From Bdellovibrionales bacterium (GTDB lineage Bacteria > Bdellovibrionota > Bdellovibrionia > Bdellovibrionales > Bdellovibrionaceae): 64,000 nt of DNA. A model generated the notes under the pieces. The model saw only the letters and a program-made list of their open reading frames with translations. It was not told the origin of the DNA and did not search any database. The first letter of the stretch is position 1; every line of letters starts with the position of its first letter. Shown here piece after piece: positions 36,744 through 46,225 of this stretch. The DNA lies in the NCBI GenBank assembly GCA_031370005.1, contig JANMPT010000024.1, positions 64,001 through 128,000 on the forward strand, in the 5' to 3' direction. The position numbers and the translations under genes were made by a program.

Positions 36744-38161
36744 AATCACTTTCGCTTTCTACAAAGTTGTTTCTCGTCTCCAGTCTGATTTTAGTTCTAT
36801 TTTGCTTCGCAAGTGTGGGAATTTTATATCGCGCCCAAAGGCAACAGGCGACAGCAGAAATGGATATGCTCTTAAAAAATCAATCAATTGCACTTTCTGC
36901 GCTCGTTAATACAACAGCAACTGGAAACTTAGATTTCGAAATGTCGCCTGCTTTTATTTCTCAATATTCAGTTCAAAATCCCAAAGCATTTTTTCGATTT
37001 TTTGATTATAGAGACAATAAACTTTTAAAAGAAAGTGTCGACGCGTTCCCAGTGGGTTGTAATACGTATTCTGAAAAATCCGATGTTGTCATTGACGGAA
37101 TTCTTTTTCGCTTAAGATCGGTTATATTTAGTCCTGATCCTGATAGCGGCGTTGAGCGCTCTCGGTCAACTTCACCTCGGCGAGTATGCCTTGTTATGGG
37201 AATCGATCAAGCTCCCTATCAATCGCTAGTAGTTCAGACACTTTTTTCATCAATTCCGGTTTTAGTTTTTATAGTTATTCTACTAATTGTGGCGCTGGTG
37301 TTTTTGGTTCGTAATCTGACCAGTGATTTGTCGGCTCTGACAGCCGCTTTAGCAACTGCTGATTTTGGGGCAAAGCATGAATTTCCAGTTTTACCTGCGG
37401 CTAATACTCCAGAAGTTAAAGCCGTTGTTGCAAATCTAGTTAAGCTTCACGTCCAGGCAGCAGAAGTCTACCGAGAGATGTGGCTTTTTCTTGGAAGAGC
37501 CTCTCACCAACTTAAAACTCCTGTTGCAGCGATTCAGGCAACCTTAGAGGTTCTCATCAGAAGAGAGCGATCAAAGGAAGAGCTGCTTTTAGGCTTGGCA
37601 GATATCAAGTTGGCAACTACGCAACTGAACCATCTTACAAAAAATCTAATTTCTTCTTCTCGGATTTCATATGAGGAATCATCGCAACGACGTGAGTTGA
37701 TGGATCTTGTTGGTTTTATTTCAACACAAGTAAGAACATTTAAGGCCCAAGCAGATCAGTTGGGGATTTCAATTGTGATGGGTGCGAATTCCCCGATAAT
37801 GGTTCGAGCAAACGCACTCTTGTTGTCTGAAATATTTGGAAATCTAATTGAGAATTCCATCCTTTATTCAACAAACAAAAAACCTTCTTCTATTACAATT
37901 GCTTGCAATATAGAAAATAGAAACGTCGTGGTTTTGATATCGGATCAAGGACCTGGCTTCCCCATGTCAGTTCTACAATCACTTTTTCAGCCATTTATTC
38001 GCGGTGACGAAAGCCGGATTTCTGGCTCAGGCTTGGGTCTTTCAATTGCAAAAAAATCTGCGCAACTGCTGCTAGGTGATATCCTGATCCAAGAAACAAA
38101 TTCCACCGGCTCGAAAGTTGCCGTGATTTTGCCTATACAAATGTCTATACACAATGAGTAA
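36740..38161 (+). CDS. Membrane sensor histidine kinase
   Basis: Two TM, ASHQLKTP H-box, NLIENS, DQGPG, GSGLGL. Confidence 0.93.
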   Translation: MKSLSLSTKLFLVSSLILVLFCFASVGILYRAQRQQATAEMDMLLKNQSIALSALVNTTATGNLDFEMSPAFISQYSVQNPKAFFRFFDYRDNKLLKESVDAFPVGCNTYSEKSDVVIDGILFRLRSVIFSPDPDSGVERSRSTSPRRVCLVMGIDQAPYQSLVVQTLFSSIPVLVFIVILLIVALVFLVRNLTSDLSALTAALATADFGAKHEFPVLPAANTPEVKAVVANLVKLHVQAAEVYREMWLFLGRASHQLKTPVAAIQATLEVLIRRERSKEELLLGLADIKLATTQLNHLTKNLISSSRISYEESSQRRELMDLVGFISTQVRTFKAQADQLGISIVMGANSPIMVRANALLLSEIFGNLIENSILYSTNKKPSSITIACNIENRNVVVLISDQGPGFPMSVLQSLFQPFIRGDESRISGSGLGLSIAKKSAQLLLGDILIQETNSTGSKVAVILPIQMSIHNE

Positions 38162-38179
38162 GAACAATATTCTAAATAT

Positions 38180-38560
38180 TTATCCAGCCATTTTTATGGA
38201 TTTAATTCTTGTTTCAATTGCATTGAAAGCTTCCGTTTCCATTCCCGATCGGTAAAGTTTTAGTGAATCACGAAGATCATCAATAACTTGAAGGATCACG
38301 CTTGTTAATTGCTTGCCCAATTCAGAACTAAGCGCACTTTCTAGTTCGTGCATAACGGTGCCAAATTTTCCAAAACTGACAGCTTGCGCACTTCCTTTCA
38401 GACAGTGCAGAGCTCTTTTAATAATATCTATGTGCTCAGGCTTTGGTGTGTTTTCATAATTAAGAAGCGCTTCTTCACAATTCGCTAGCAACTCTTCTGC
38501 CTCATTGCAAAAATACATGCGCAATTCGCGAATTAGGGAGTCATCTAATTGGTTTTTCAT
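38180..38560 (-). CDS. Stand-alone Hpt domain protein
   Basis: FCNEAEELL...RALHCLKGSA...MHELES. Confidence 0.88.
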   Translation of the reverse strand: MKNQLDDSLIRELRMYFCNEAEELLANCEEALLNYENTPKPEHIDIIKRALHCLKGSAQAVSFGKFGTVMHELESALSSELGKQLTSVILQVIDDLRDSLKLYRSGMETEAFNAIETRIKSIKMAG

Positions 38561-40641
38561 TTACATAGCCTTTTTTTAGTGTTTTGAAATGTGAGGGTGC
38601 TGTTTATTTTATTCATTACAATATAATCAAGTAGCATCACTAGGCCAAAGCGTCCCGAAAGAGCTGCCTTTGTGAATGTGCCATCTGCGAATAAGGGGCC
38701 AGGTAAAGTCTTTACAAGAAGCTCTTCGGATCTTTTAACGTCCATTGCAAAAAAAGCTGCAGCGCCAGCGTCTGTACCAATTGTAATAAGCAGAGATGAG
38801 TTGCTGAGTTCTTCGTTTGCATCAAGTTGAATATTAGAATTGGACGAGTTCAAATATCGACTGAGAGGAAGCGCATAAATATACTGGCCGTTGCAATTTA
38901 AGTAATAAGCCCCATTGGTATATGTCAGGCGACCATTTTCTATCATTTTTTTCGTCTCATTTATTTCCAAAATTTGATCATATAAAATTGCGACTTGATT
39001 TGTTGGATCGACACCTAGAATTACGGCAACTTTGATATTTACGGATTTTACTACTGGTAGCTCGATATCAAATCGTGTTCCGGTCATAGGCTCAGTTTTA
39101 ATGGCGATTTTGCCATTCATTGACTCAATAGATTTTTTTACCATGTCCATTCCGACTCCACGGCCAGAAATATCTGTAACCTTATCCGAAGTGCTAAAGC
39201 CAGAATGAAAAATCCATAATAATACTGCCTCTTGACTCATGTCCGCAGCCTGTGCTTCTGAGCAGAGCTCGCGTTCTATGAGTTTTTTCTTAATATTTAA
39301 AATATTAATGCCACGGCCGTCATCCGCTACGGATAGTTTAATTTGACTGTCTGTCAATTGAAGCGAGATTGTTAAAGTTGCTTCTTCGGCTTTCCCTGTT
39401 TGGATTCTTTCCGCTGGTGGCTCAATGCCATGGTCCATTGAGTTCCGAATAAGATGTACGAGGGAGTCCGCAAGCGCTTTTGCAATATTATAATCTAGCA
39501 AGAGCGATTCGCCTTCAATTTTGAGTTGAACTTTTTTGTTCATTTTAAGGGCGGTATCTCGCACCATCCGCTTTAATGGCTTTAATAAGTCTGCAAAAGC
39601 TACTTTTTTTAGATCCGAGGCCTTATTTTGTAAAAATGAATTTTCCTTCTGAATTTCATCTAAATACTCAACTATACTCAGCAGATTTTTTTCATTTGGA
39701 TATTTTTCAATCAATATTTCTGTTTTTTGCACAAGATAGTTTCGTAAAATCGTTAAATTCCCACTATGCTCAATAAACTCCCCTAAAACCTCAGAGCTAA
39801 CAGATATTTTATGATTGGTCTTCGGCGCCTCGTCCTTTTTTTGATCAGAGCTGTCTTCAATTACATCTGGTATCATTTCCTTTTCACCAGACAGGAGAGC
39901 TCGCCAGTAGTCTGCATTATAATCAGGTGTTTTTCCGAGAATGATATCCTCAAACATCATGTGCATCTGTTCGCATGCCTGGAGTAGACTTGTAAACAGA
40001 TAAATGGGTGTTTTCATATTTTGATTGCTAATTTTAGCAATGCTGTCTTCACAGTCGTGCGAAAAGCTAGAGATAGAATTTAGCCCGATACAGGCCGCTG
40101 TACCTTTGATTGTGTGCAAGGCACGGCAAACCCCGCTTAAAATATCTTTGTTGTCTGGTTCTGTCTCTAGCTGAAGAAGAAGGTTTTCCATTTCCTCAAG
40201 TTTCGAGGAGGCCTCTTCGACAAAGCCGAGCATCATCTCGCGGGATTCCTTATAGGCAGTGGCATGGTTGGAGTGGGATCCTCGAACGCAATTTTGTAAT
40301 GTTTGAAGGTCGAATGGTTTTGAATAAATTCCGGAAATTTTTGATTTTATGTCCTCAGAGATAGTTTCTGGGGAGAGGTATCCAGAAATTAGCACAAAGG
40401 GAATACTGCTAAACTCAGGGGACAGTAAACTTATTAGTTCAAAGCCATTTATTTCGGGCATATTATAGTCACACAAGATCAGGCAGATTTTTCGTGAGTG
40501 GCTTTTTATATACTCTAATGCCTGTGTAGGTGAGCTCATTGTAATAGGCCTGTAGCCCCACTTTTCAATCCACTGCTTATAGACTTCAAGAATGGCTATT
40601 TCATCGTCAATGCAAAGTATTTCAAAAGAATCGGTATCCAT
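38557..40641 (-). CDS. Hybrid REC-CheA-like histidine kinase (REC, Hpt, dimerisation, HATPase, degenerate CheW-like domain)
   Basis: DDE/CDYNMP/KP receiver; RALHTIKG; HLIRNSMDHGIE, DDGRG, SGRGVGMDMV. Confidence 0.88.
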   Translation of the reverse strand: MDTDSFEILCIDDEIAILEVYKQWIEKWGYRPITMSSPTQALEYIKSHSRKICLILCDYNMPEINGFELISLLSPEFSSIPFVLISGYLSPETISEDIKSKISGIYSKPFDLQTLQNCVRGSHSNHATAYKESREMMLGFVEEASSKLEEMENLLLQLETEPDNKDILSGVCRALHTIKGTAACIGLNSISSFSHDCEDSIAKISNQNMKTPIYLFTSLLQACEQMHMMFEDIILGKTPDYNADYWRALLSGEKEMIPDVIEDSSDQKKDEAPKTNHKISVSSEVLGEFIEHSGNLTILRNYLVQKTEILIEKYPNEKNLLSIVEYLDEIQKENSFLQNKASDLKKVAFADLLKPLKRMVRDTALKMNKKVQLKIEGESLLLDYNIAKALADSLVHLIRNSMDHGIEPPAERIQTGKAEEATLTISLQLTDSQIKLSVADDGRGINILNIKKKLIERELCSEAQAADMSQEAVLLWIFHSGFSTSDKVTDISGRGVGMDMVKKSIESMNGKIAIKTEPMTGTRFDIELPVVKSVNIKVAVILGVDPTNQVAILYDQILEINETKKMIENGRLTYTNGAYYLNCNGQYIYALPLSRYLNSSNSNIQLDANEELSNSSLLITIGTDAGAAAFFAMDVKRSEELLVKTLPGPLFADGTFTKAALSGRFGLVMLLDYIVMNKINSTLTFQNTKKRLCK

Positions 40642-40673
40642 TGAGCCCTTCCTAAAACCTAATAAATATGCAA

Positions 40674-40825
40674 CTTATCGGTTAAGGGGCAGAATCTGTA
40701 AAGCACTTTTTTTAAACAAACTAAATTCACTTTAAATTGATACGTTTCATAGTGCGGCTGTCTCTTAACAAAACATAAATATTTAAATAAAGCATGTTTA
40801 GAATTTTTTTACTCCTTCCGATAAG
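40674..40825. promoter_or_regulatory. Back-to-back sigma28 (FliA)-like promoters
   Basis: CCGATAAG on the minus strand (40674-40681) toward cheA-like and on the plus strand (40818-40825) toward the response regulator; -35 boxes imperfect (TTAC, TTAG). Confidence 0.55.
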
Positions 40826-40899
40826 CTATACAAGTTCGTTATTTATAGTAAAAATCAGATATCGATCAAAAGTCGAGTTGCTTCAAAGAGGGGGAGTCG

Positions 40900-41445
40900 T
40901 TGTCTAAGCCAAAATTGCTAATTGTTGATGATGAAGTTGAAATTAGAAGCTCAATTCGGTTTTTCACACAAAATGATTTTGATGTTGTTGAGGCAAGTAA
41001 TGGGCTCGAAGCCCTCCAGATCATTAATAATGAGCCGATTGACCTTTTGCTTTCAGATTACAATATGCCAAATATGGATGGTTTGGAGCTACTCAAAATG
41101 CTCATTGAGAAGGACCATTGTATTCCGGTGATTTGGCTTACGGGAAGGGGCTCGGCGGAGCTTTGTCGATCCACTTGGGCTCTAGGGGTTTATGAGTACC
41201 TTGAAAAACCCTTTAAAGCCAATGAACTGATTCAGTGCTTAAAGGGTGCTGTAGATTTCAAAGATACATATTCAGAAATTAGAAAAATTCGAAGTATCTC
41301 AAAAAAACTATTTGAAGAGCCCAATCTTATTTTTAGCGCGAAAAGCTATCGGCAATTTCATGAGGCGTGTCTGTTGCGCGGGATTTCTGTATCAACAGCA
41401 ATGAGTGAGTTGGTCGAAGAGTATTTAAAGAAGGGTGCTAGTTGA
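40900..41445 (+). CDS. Response regulator, REC plus short C-terminal ribbon-helix-helix-like output
   Basis: VDDE, SDYNMP, TG, KPF; tail NLIFSAKSYRQFHEACLLRGISVSTAMSELVEEYL. Confidence 0.8.
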   Translation: MSKPKLLIVDDEVEIRSSIRFFTQNDFDVVEASNGLEALQIINNEPIDLLLSDYNMPNMDGLELLKMLIEKDHCIPVIWLTGRGSAELCRSTWALGVYEYLEKPFKANELIQCLKGAVDFKDTYSEIRKIRSISKKLFEEPNLIFSAKSYRQFHEACLLRGISVSTAMSELVEEYLKKGAS

Positions 41446-42509
41446 TGTTGAGCCGAAGATTGGTGGATTATTTTCAATTCCCATTGGCCTTGCTTGATGG
41501 AAATGCTCGTGTGATTCAGGCTAATTCTAGTTGGGTGGATGCTATGAATATTTTAGAAGGCGAGTATGCCCATAAATACATCAATTTGAGTCCTAGCCCC
41601 ACTTTAGCCAAGACTGAGGACTATTGGCAGCAAGTGGCAAGCCAGTTGCCAGAGGCGGGCGAAAAGCTGTCGCTTATACATCAACAACCAGGGCATTTGA
41701 GCCTTCTTCTAAGTAAAGTTAAGTTTGATCAAATATTATTTTTCTGGGCCCGACCGGCAATTGAGACCGACTTATATGGTGATACAAATAGATTGGCACG
41801 GGAAAAACGGCTTCATGAAATGGGTGAAATGGCCGCCGGAGTTGCTCATGAAATTACGAATCCTTTAACAGTCATCGCTGCAAAAGCGTCAATACTGGAA
41901 TATATGATGAAGGAAGGTGATGATGAGGGCAATTCTGAAGTTCTAAAGATCACTCAAGTAATCACCCATCAGTGTCATCGAATTACAAAGATTGTGCGAG
42001 CAATGAGAACCTTTAGCCGAGACGGAGCTTTTGACCCTGTTGTGGCCATGGCGATACGTCCGCTAATTGATGAAGCAATAACCCTTTGTGTAGAGAAATC
42101 CCGCCTAAAGGGAACCAAGTTTGAAGTAGAGACATTGGACTCTGAGTATCAAGTCATGTGTCGCCCTATTCACATTGTGCAGATTTTGGTCAATTTATTT
42201 AACAATGCAATAGATGCCACGGATAGTGTTCTTTTGCCTAAAGTGATCGTGGCCTTTCAGAAATCCGAGGATTTTTTGGAAATTCAGACTTTGGATAACG
42301 GCACAGGGGTTCCAGAAGAAATTGCTGATAAAATTTTCAACCCTTTTTATACAACAAAGGAAGTTGGAAAGGGGACGGGCTTGGGCCTGAGTTTGTCTCT
42401 GCGTTTGAGTCAAATCAGTGGAGGAAATTTGTTCTTGGATCGAAAACAGGGAAAAAGCTGTTTTACACTAAGACTTCCACTCGCGGCATCGCTTAAGATA
42501 GTAAAATAA
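41442..42509 (+). CDS. Cytoplasmic PAS-like sensor histidine kinase (NtrB-like)
   Basis: No TM; LLDGNARVIQAN PAS start; AHEITNPL, NLFNNA, DNGTG, GTGLGL. Confidence 0.9.
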   Translation: MMLSRRLVDYFQFPLALLDGNARVIQANSSWVDAMNILEGEYAHKYINLSPSPTLAKTEDYWQQVASQLPEAGEKLSLIHQQPGHLSLLLSKVKFDQILFFWARPAIETDLYGDTNRLAREKRLHEMGEMAAGVAHEITNPLTVIAAKASILEYMMKEGDDEGNSEVLKITQVITHQCHRITKIVRAMRTFSRDGAFDPVVAMAIRPLIDEAITLCVEKSRLKGTKFEVETLDSEYQVMCRPIHIVQILVNLFNNAIDATDSVLLPKVIVAFQKSEDFLEIQTLDNGTGVPEEIADKIFNPFYTTKEVGKGTGLGLSLSLRLSQISGGNLFLDRKQGKSCFTLRLPLAASLKIVK

Positions 42510-42526
42510 TTTATCGGAGGTTTGTC

Positions 42527-43039
42527 ATGAGACTGAAAAAGCAGAATGTGAGTATTGTTCGTCCGGAAGACTATGATTTAGAGGCCGAAAGAGCCGCTGT
42601 GATAAAGTTTATGCAGGAAAATGGCCTTGAGGTCGATGCAGAGTTCATACGCCAAATCACCTTAGGAGATATTGTTGAAGTATATTCCGTCCCGGAAAAT
42701 ACACAGATTTATCGAAACACTGAATTCATTAAGCACTGCTCTTATACTACAGAGCAAATGGCGACAATCCCCTTTCCAAAATTATTCTGGAGATCCGAGG
42801 ATGACCACGTTACATTAATGCATAGGGCCTCTCAAGTAGTGTCTACGGAGAAAAAGTGTGTTCCCTGGGATGTTGGGAATCACCAGCTTGTAGAATCATT
42901 ACATCCTAAAAAACGTACTTTTGAAATTCAAATGGGAGTGATCGCCCCCTGCTTTGAGCTTAAAACCCAGGCACGAAGAGCCTGGGCTTCAACTTTGAAA
43001 GTGAGCTTTATTTTTGAGTGGGGAGATGACTTAACTTAA
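42527..43039 (+). CDS. Stand-alone PAS-like hypothetical protein
   Basis: SD GGAGG; DIVEVY...QIYRNTEFIKHCSYTTEQM...LFWR resembles the PAS N-x-x-F...GY..EE pattern. Confidence 0.5.
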   Translation: MRLKKQNVSIVRPEDYDLEAERAAVIKFMQENGLEVDAEFIRQITLGDIVEVYSVPENTQIYRNTEFIKHCSYTTEQMATIPFPKLFWRSEDDHVTLMHRASQVVSTEKKCVPWDVGNHQLVESLHPKKRTFEIQMGVIAPCFELKTQARRAWASTLKVSFIFEWGDDLT

Positions 43040-43639
43040 AGAGGCTATGTCATTCAGAAGATGCTTATAAAGAACGCAGGTCTGATCAAAGTTCTTCATA
43101 ATTTCGACTCTTTCCCCTTGAGTGCAGCTTTCGATTTGGTTGACTGCTTCTTTCACGTGGTCAGGATCATCTTCGGCGTGAACTTTTACAAACCGAATGG
43201 CTTCTGGCCCATATTTTTTCAGAACAAGCTCATACATTCCTGGGAAGGTAAGCACTGCCAGATGTTCCAGAGCCAGGATATAACCCAGTAAGTGTTTTGG
43301 ATTGCGTTGAATTTTGTAAAACTGAGGTTCCCAAAGTGCCCGGCAACTTTCTAATTCCATGAAATTTTCTCGTTTTTCGCCTAGATGCTCAAGGTCTTTA
43401 ACAGCTAAAAGGTCATGACTTTGCTCCTCACGGATATGTGAAAGACTTCGTCGATAATAGTTTTGCTCCTCCGCAGGAGACCAGCCGGCAGCAAAGGCAA
43501 GCATGCGAGTGCTATGAGTTGTATAGTAAAAACTTTGTGCAAGCCAGTTTTTATATAATTTGGAGTTGTCCCAAGGCATTTTCTCGAAGCACTTCTTGAG
43601 CTCCTCCATTTTCGAGGATAAGGGTATTTGTTGGTTCAT
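43031..43639 (-). CDS. Heme-oxygenase-like diiron oxidase (iron-containing redox enzyme; CADD/PqqC/TenA superfamily)
   Basis: HIREEQSH, LALEH and HAEDDPDH ligand set in an all-helical 202-aa protein. Confidence 0.8.
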   Translation of the reverse strand: MNQQIPLSSKMEELKKCFEKMPWDNSKLYKNWLAQSFYYTTHSTRMLAFAAGWSPAEEQNYYRRSLSHIREEQSHDLLAVKDLEHLGEKRENFMELESCRALWEPQFYKIQRNPKHLLGYILALEHLAVLTFPGMYELVLKKYGPEAIRFVKVHAEDDPDHVKEAVNQIESCTQGERVEIMKNFDQTCVLYKHLLNDIASLS

Positions 43640-44294
43640 GAGTCGGTTCCTTTCTGTGGTTAAATCTATTCCATTTTTGTATTGTCATTTCTAAGCAGTT
43701 TGGAAGTGGGGAAAGGCGAGCGGACTCTCTGGTGATTTGAGCAAAGTCCACCTCAACATTGTAGGCCTGTTTGCCTTTTGAGATAGGGATTCCTCCATGG
43801 CGATAAAAAATATTTTGAGTCCCGCGGTTATTTCGAAAATATCCTAAAATTCGTTTTGCAGAACTTTCCATGAGGCGTAAAACTGAAAAGCCAATTAGTA
43901 GTTCAGATATGGGTAGGTCGGTCTCAGATTTTCTCCATGCAGAATCCAAGGTCATATATGTTATAATCATCGATGAACTTTCTAGCCCAATAATACTTTC
44001 GCGAACATCCTCTGGGTAATTCTCGAAATAAGACATTTTCTGGTGACTACGTTTTTCTAAATCACAAAAATGATATAATAAAAATCCGACTGGCCTATTA
44101 TTAAAAAACAGACCCCCAAGTTCCTTTGAAAGAAAATCGTCGCTGCTGAGGGTTTTTTTTGCAACGTTCAGTTCACGAAAAGTCTCGATCCAATTTTTTT
44201 CCCAGAGTTCAAAACAGCGTTCATTCAATTCTGAAAACACCCCTGGGCTTGAGGTGGAGAAATGATAAAAGTCCAAGTCAGAGATAGATTTCAA
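43551..44294 (-). CDS. GNAT-fold acyltransferase, LuxI/FeeM-like (putative)
   Basis: GLFFNNRPVGF, ITYMTLDSAWRK, ILGYFRNNRGTQNIFYRHGG; TTG at 44294 follows GGAG (ORF track start 44306). Confidence 0.55.
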   Translation of the reverse strand: MKSISDLDFYHFSTSSPGVFSELNERCFELWEKNWIETFRELNVAKKTLSSDDFLSKELGGLFFNNRPVGFLLYHFCDLEKRSHQKMSYFENYPEDVRESIIGLESSSMIITYMTLDSAWRKSETDLPISELLIGFSVLRLMESSAKRILGYFRNNRGTQNIFYRHGGIPISKGKQAYNVEVDFAQITRESARLSPLPNCLEMTIQKWNRFNHRKEPTHEPTNTLILENGGAQEVLRENALGQLQII

Positions 44295-44472
44295 TGATTG
44301 CTCCAAAAAAAGATATGTTATTTTGTGGAGAAAAGATTGTGCTATATACGTAACAAGTGGTCAATAAATTAAATTAAACAAACAAATAAGATACAATTTA
44401 GTAAAATTTTATACACTCACCGCATTGAGTCGCACATGGCTACGGCAAATAAAGCTAATTTGAGAGGGGGTT

Positions 44473-44940
44473 TCACTCTTTAGTGTTTAAATTTTCAAAA
44501 TTTGCATTGCCTGTTTTAGTTTCTGTCCCATTGATTATGACATGAAAATAAATAGGAACTGATTTAACTAGCATGGCGCTGACACCGCAATATTTGGTCA
44601 TTGAAAGATCAACCGCTTTTTCAAAGAGACCATTGTCAATATTTGGACCAGTTAATGTGAAGTTAAGGTGAATTTCAGAAAAGATAACGGGATGCGTAGT
44701 TGTGGGCTCAGACTCGGCGCTGACATTGAAAGTATCAAATGAAACCTTATATTTTTTTAAAAGGCTCACGACATCCATACCGGTACAACCGCATAAACCA
44801 GCAAGAACATACTCCTTAGGGCTAGGGCCTCGATCTCTACCGCCGAACTCTTTTTTGCCATCGGTGAATTGATGATGCTCCCGCACTTGGACTTCAAACC
44901 CAATGCCTTGGATCCAATGGACCTCTGCTGTTGTTTTCAT
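44473..44940 (-). CDS. OsmC family protein
   Basis: GPSPKEYVLAGLCGCTGMDV, KYCGVS. Confidence 0.92.
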   Translation of the reverse strand: MKTTAEVHWIQGIGFEVQVREHHQFTDGKKEFGGRDRGPSPKEYVLAGLCGCTGMDVVSLLKKYKVSFDTFNVSAESEPTTTHPVIFSEIHLNFTLTGPNIDNGLFEKAVDLSMTKYCGVSAMLVKSVPIYFHVIINGTETKTGNANFENLNTKE

Positions 44941-45130
44941 TTCTTAGCTCCTTTGTAGTTCTAGCGGGCCCTTTTAAGAGAAGCCCATCATAAACCAATA
45001 TTTTACAAAGTATAGATGTGCTAAGGCATATTTTTTATTACTTTTCAGCAGAGAGTCACATAAGGGTTCCCTACTTGGGTGAGATCTAATACAATGTTAG
45101 GCTGACAGCTATCAAATTAAGGGGAGTTTT

Positions 45131-46198
45131 ATGAAAAGTGACATGATTTTTCATCAGTTATTTGAGTCTGAGTCGTCGACTTATACTTATATTATTGCAG
45201 ATGAGAAAACCAAGGAAGCTGCCATTATTGATCCTGTTCTTGAAACTGTTGATCGTGACCTTAAGCTGATTAATGAATTAGGATTAAAACTGATGTATGC
45301 ATTGGATACGCATATTCATGCAGATCACATCACTGGCGCTGGAGAAATTCGAAAAAGAACACAGGCAAAGACGGTTGTCAGTCATGAAGCAGATGTATCT
45401 TGCGTCGATATCCCATTGAAAGATGGTCAGGAGCTTTCGCTGGGCGATAAAAAAATCAAAGGAATTACAACTCCGGGGCATACGAACACCTGTATGTCAT
45501 ATTTATTTGAGGGAATGATATTTACAGGTGATGCCTTATTAATTCGTGGATGCGGAAGGACTGACTTTCAACAAGGTTCATCGGAGAAGCTCTATGAAAG
45601 TGTCCATGAAAAGCTTTTCAAGTTGCCTGACAATACCATTGTGTATCCTTGCCATGATTACAGAGGGCACAGCTCATCGACAATTGGCCTTGAGAAAAAA
45701 TTTAATCCTCGCTTGGGCGAGTCTAAATCTAAAGAAGAATTCAAGAAAATTATGTCCGAAACAAGACTTGATAGTCCAAAAAAGATTCATGAGGCAGTTC
45801 CTGCAAATATGGCCTGCGGACTGCTGAATGATTCCCGAGTTATCCACCCTCAGGTAGCTAATGGAATTCCGGAGGCGCAGTGCGAGGCCATTTTAGCTCA
45901 TCTGCCCCTGGTCGAATCAAAAAAGCTTAGACTGATTGACGTGAGACGGCCTGACGAATTCAATAGTGAGCTTGGGCATATTAAGGGTGCTGAGCTTATT
46001 ACACTTGGGCCTGAGCTAACAATTTTTCTTGAAAAAAAAGCCGATCTTAATGAAGAAATCGTTTTTATTTGCCGAAGTGGTGGTCGTTCCGGTGCGGCAA
46101 CTCAGGAGAGCATCAAGCTTGGCTACAAATATACTGTTAATATGTTGGGCGGTATGATTCGTTGGAACGAACAAAAATTTCCTGTGGAAAGATGCTAA
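45131..46198 (+). CDS. Persulfide dioxygenase (ETHE1-like MBL)-rhodanese fusion
   Basis: THIHADHITG, TPGHT, GCGRTDFQ, HDY; rhodanese IDVR...GHIKGA...CRSGGRS. Confidence 0.92.
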   Translation: MKSDMIFHQLFESESSTYTYIIADEKTKEAAIIDPVLETVDRDLKLINELGLKLMYALDTHIHADHITGAGEIRKRTQAKTVVSHEADVSCVDIPLKDGQELSLGDKKIKGITTPGHTNTCMSYLFEGMIFTGDALLIRGCGRTDFQQGSSEKLYESVHEKLFKLPDNTIVYPCHDYRGHSSSTIGLEKKFNPRLGESKSKEEFKKIMSETRLDSPKKIHEAVPANMACGLLNDSRVIHPQVANGIPEAQCEAILAHLPLVESKKLRLIDVRRPDEFNSELGHIKGAELITLGPELTIFLEKKADLNEEIVFICRSGGRSGAATQESIKLGYKYTVNMLGGMIRWNEQKFPVERC

Positions 46199-46225
46199 AA
46201 TCAAAGCTCATGGTCGTGTAAAATA

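Noticed and set aside
43551..43639. 89-bp overlap of GNAT and diiron genes as a programmed frameshift or fusion
   Set aside because: The downstream gene has its own SD (AAGGA) and ATG, and no slippery site is evident; a C-terminal extension explains the overlap
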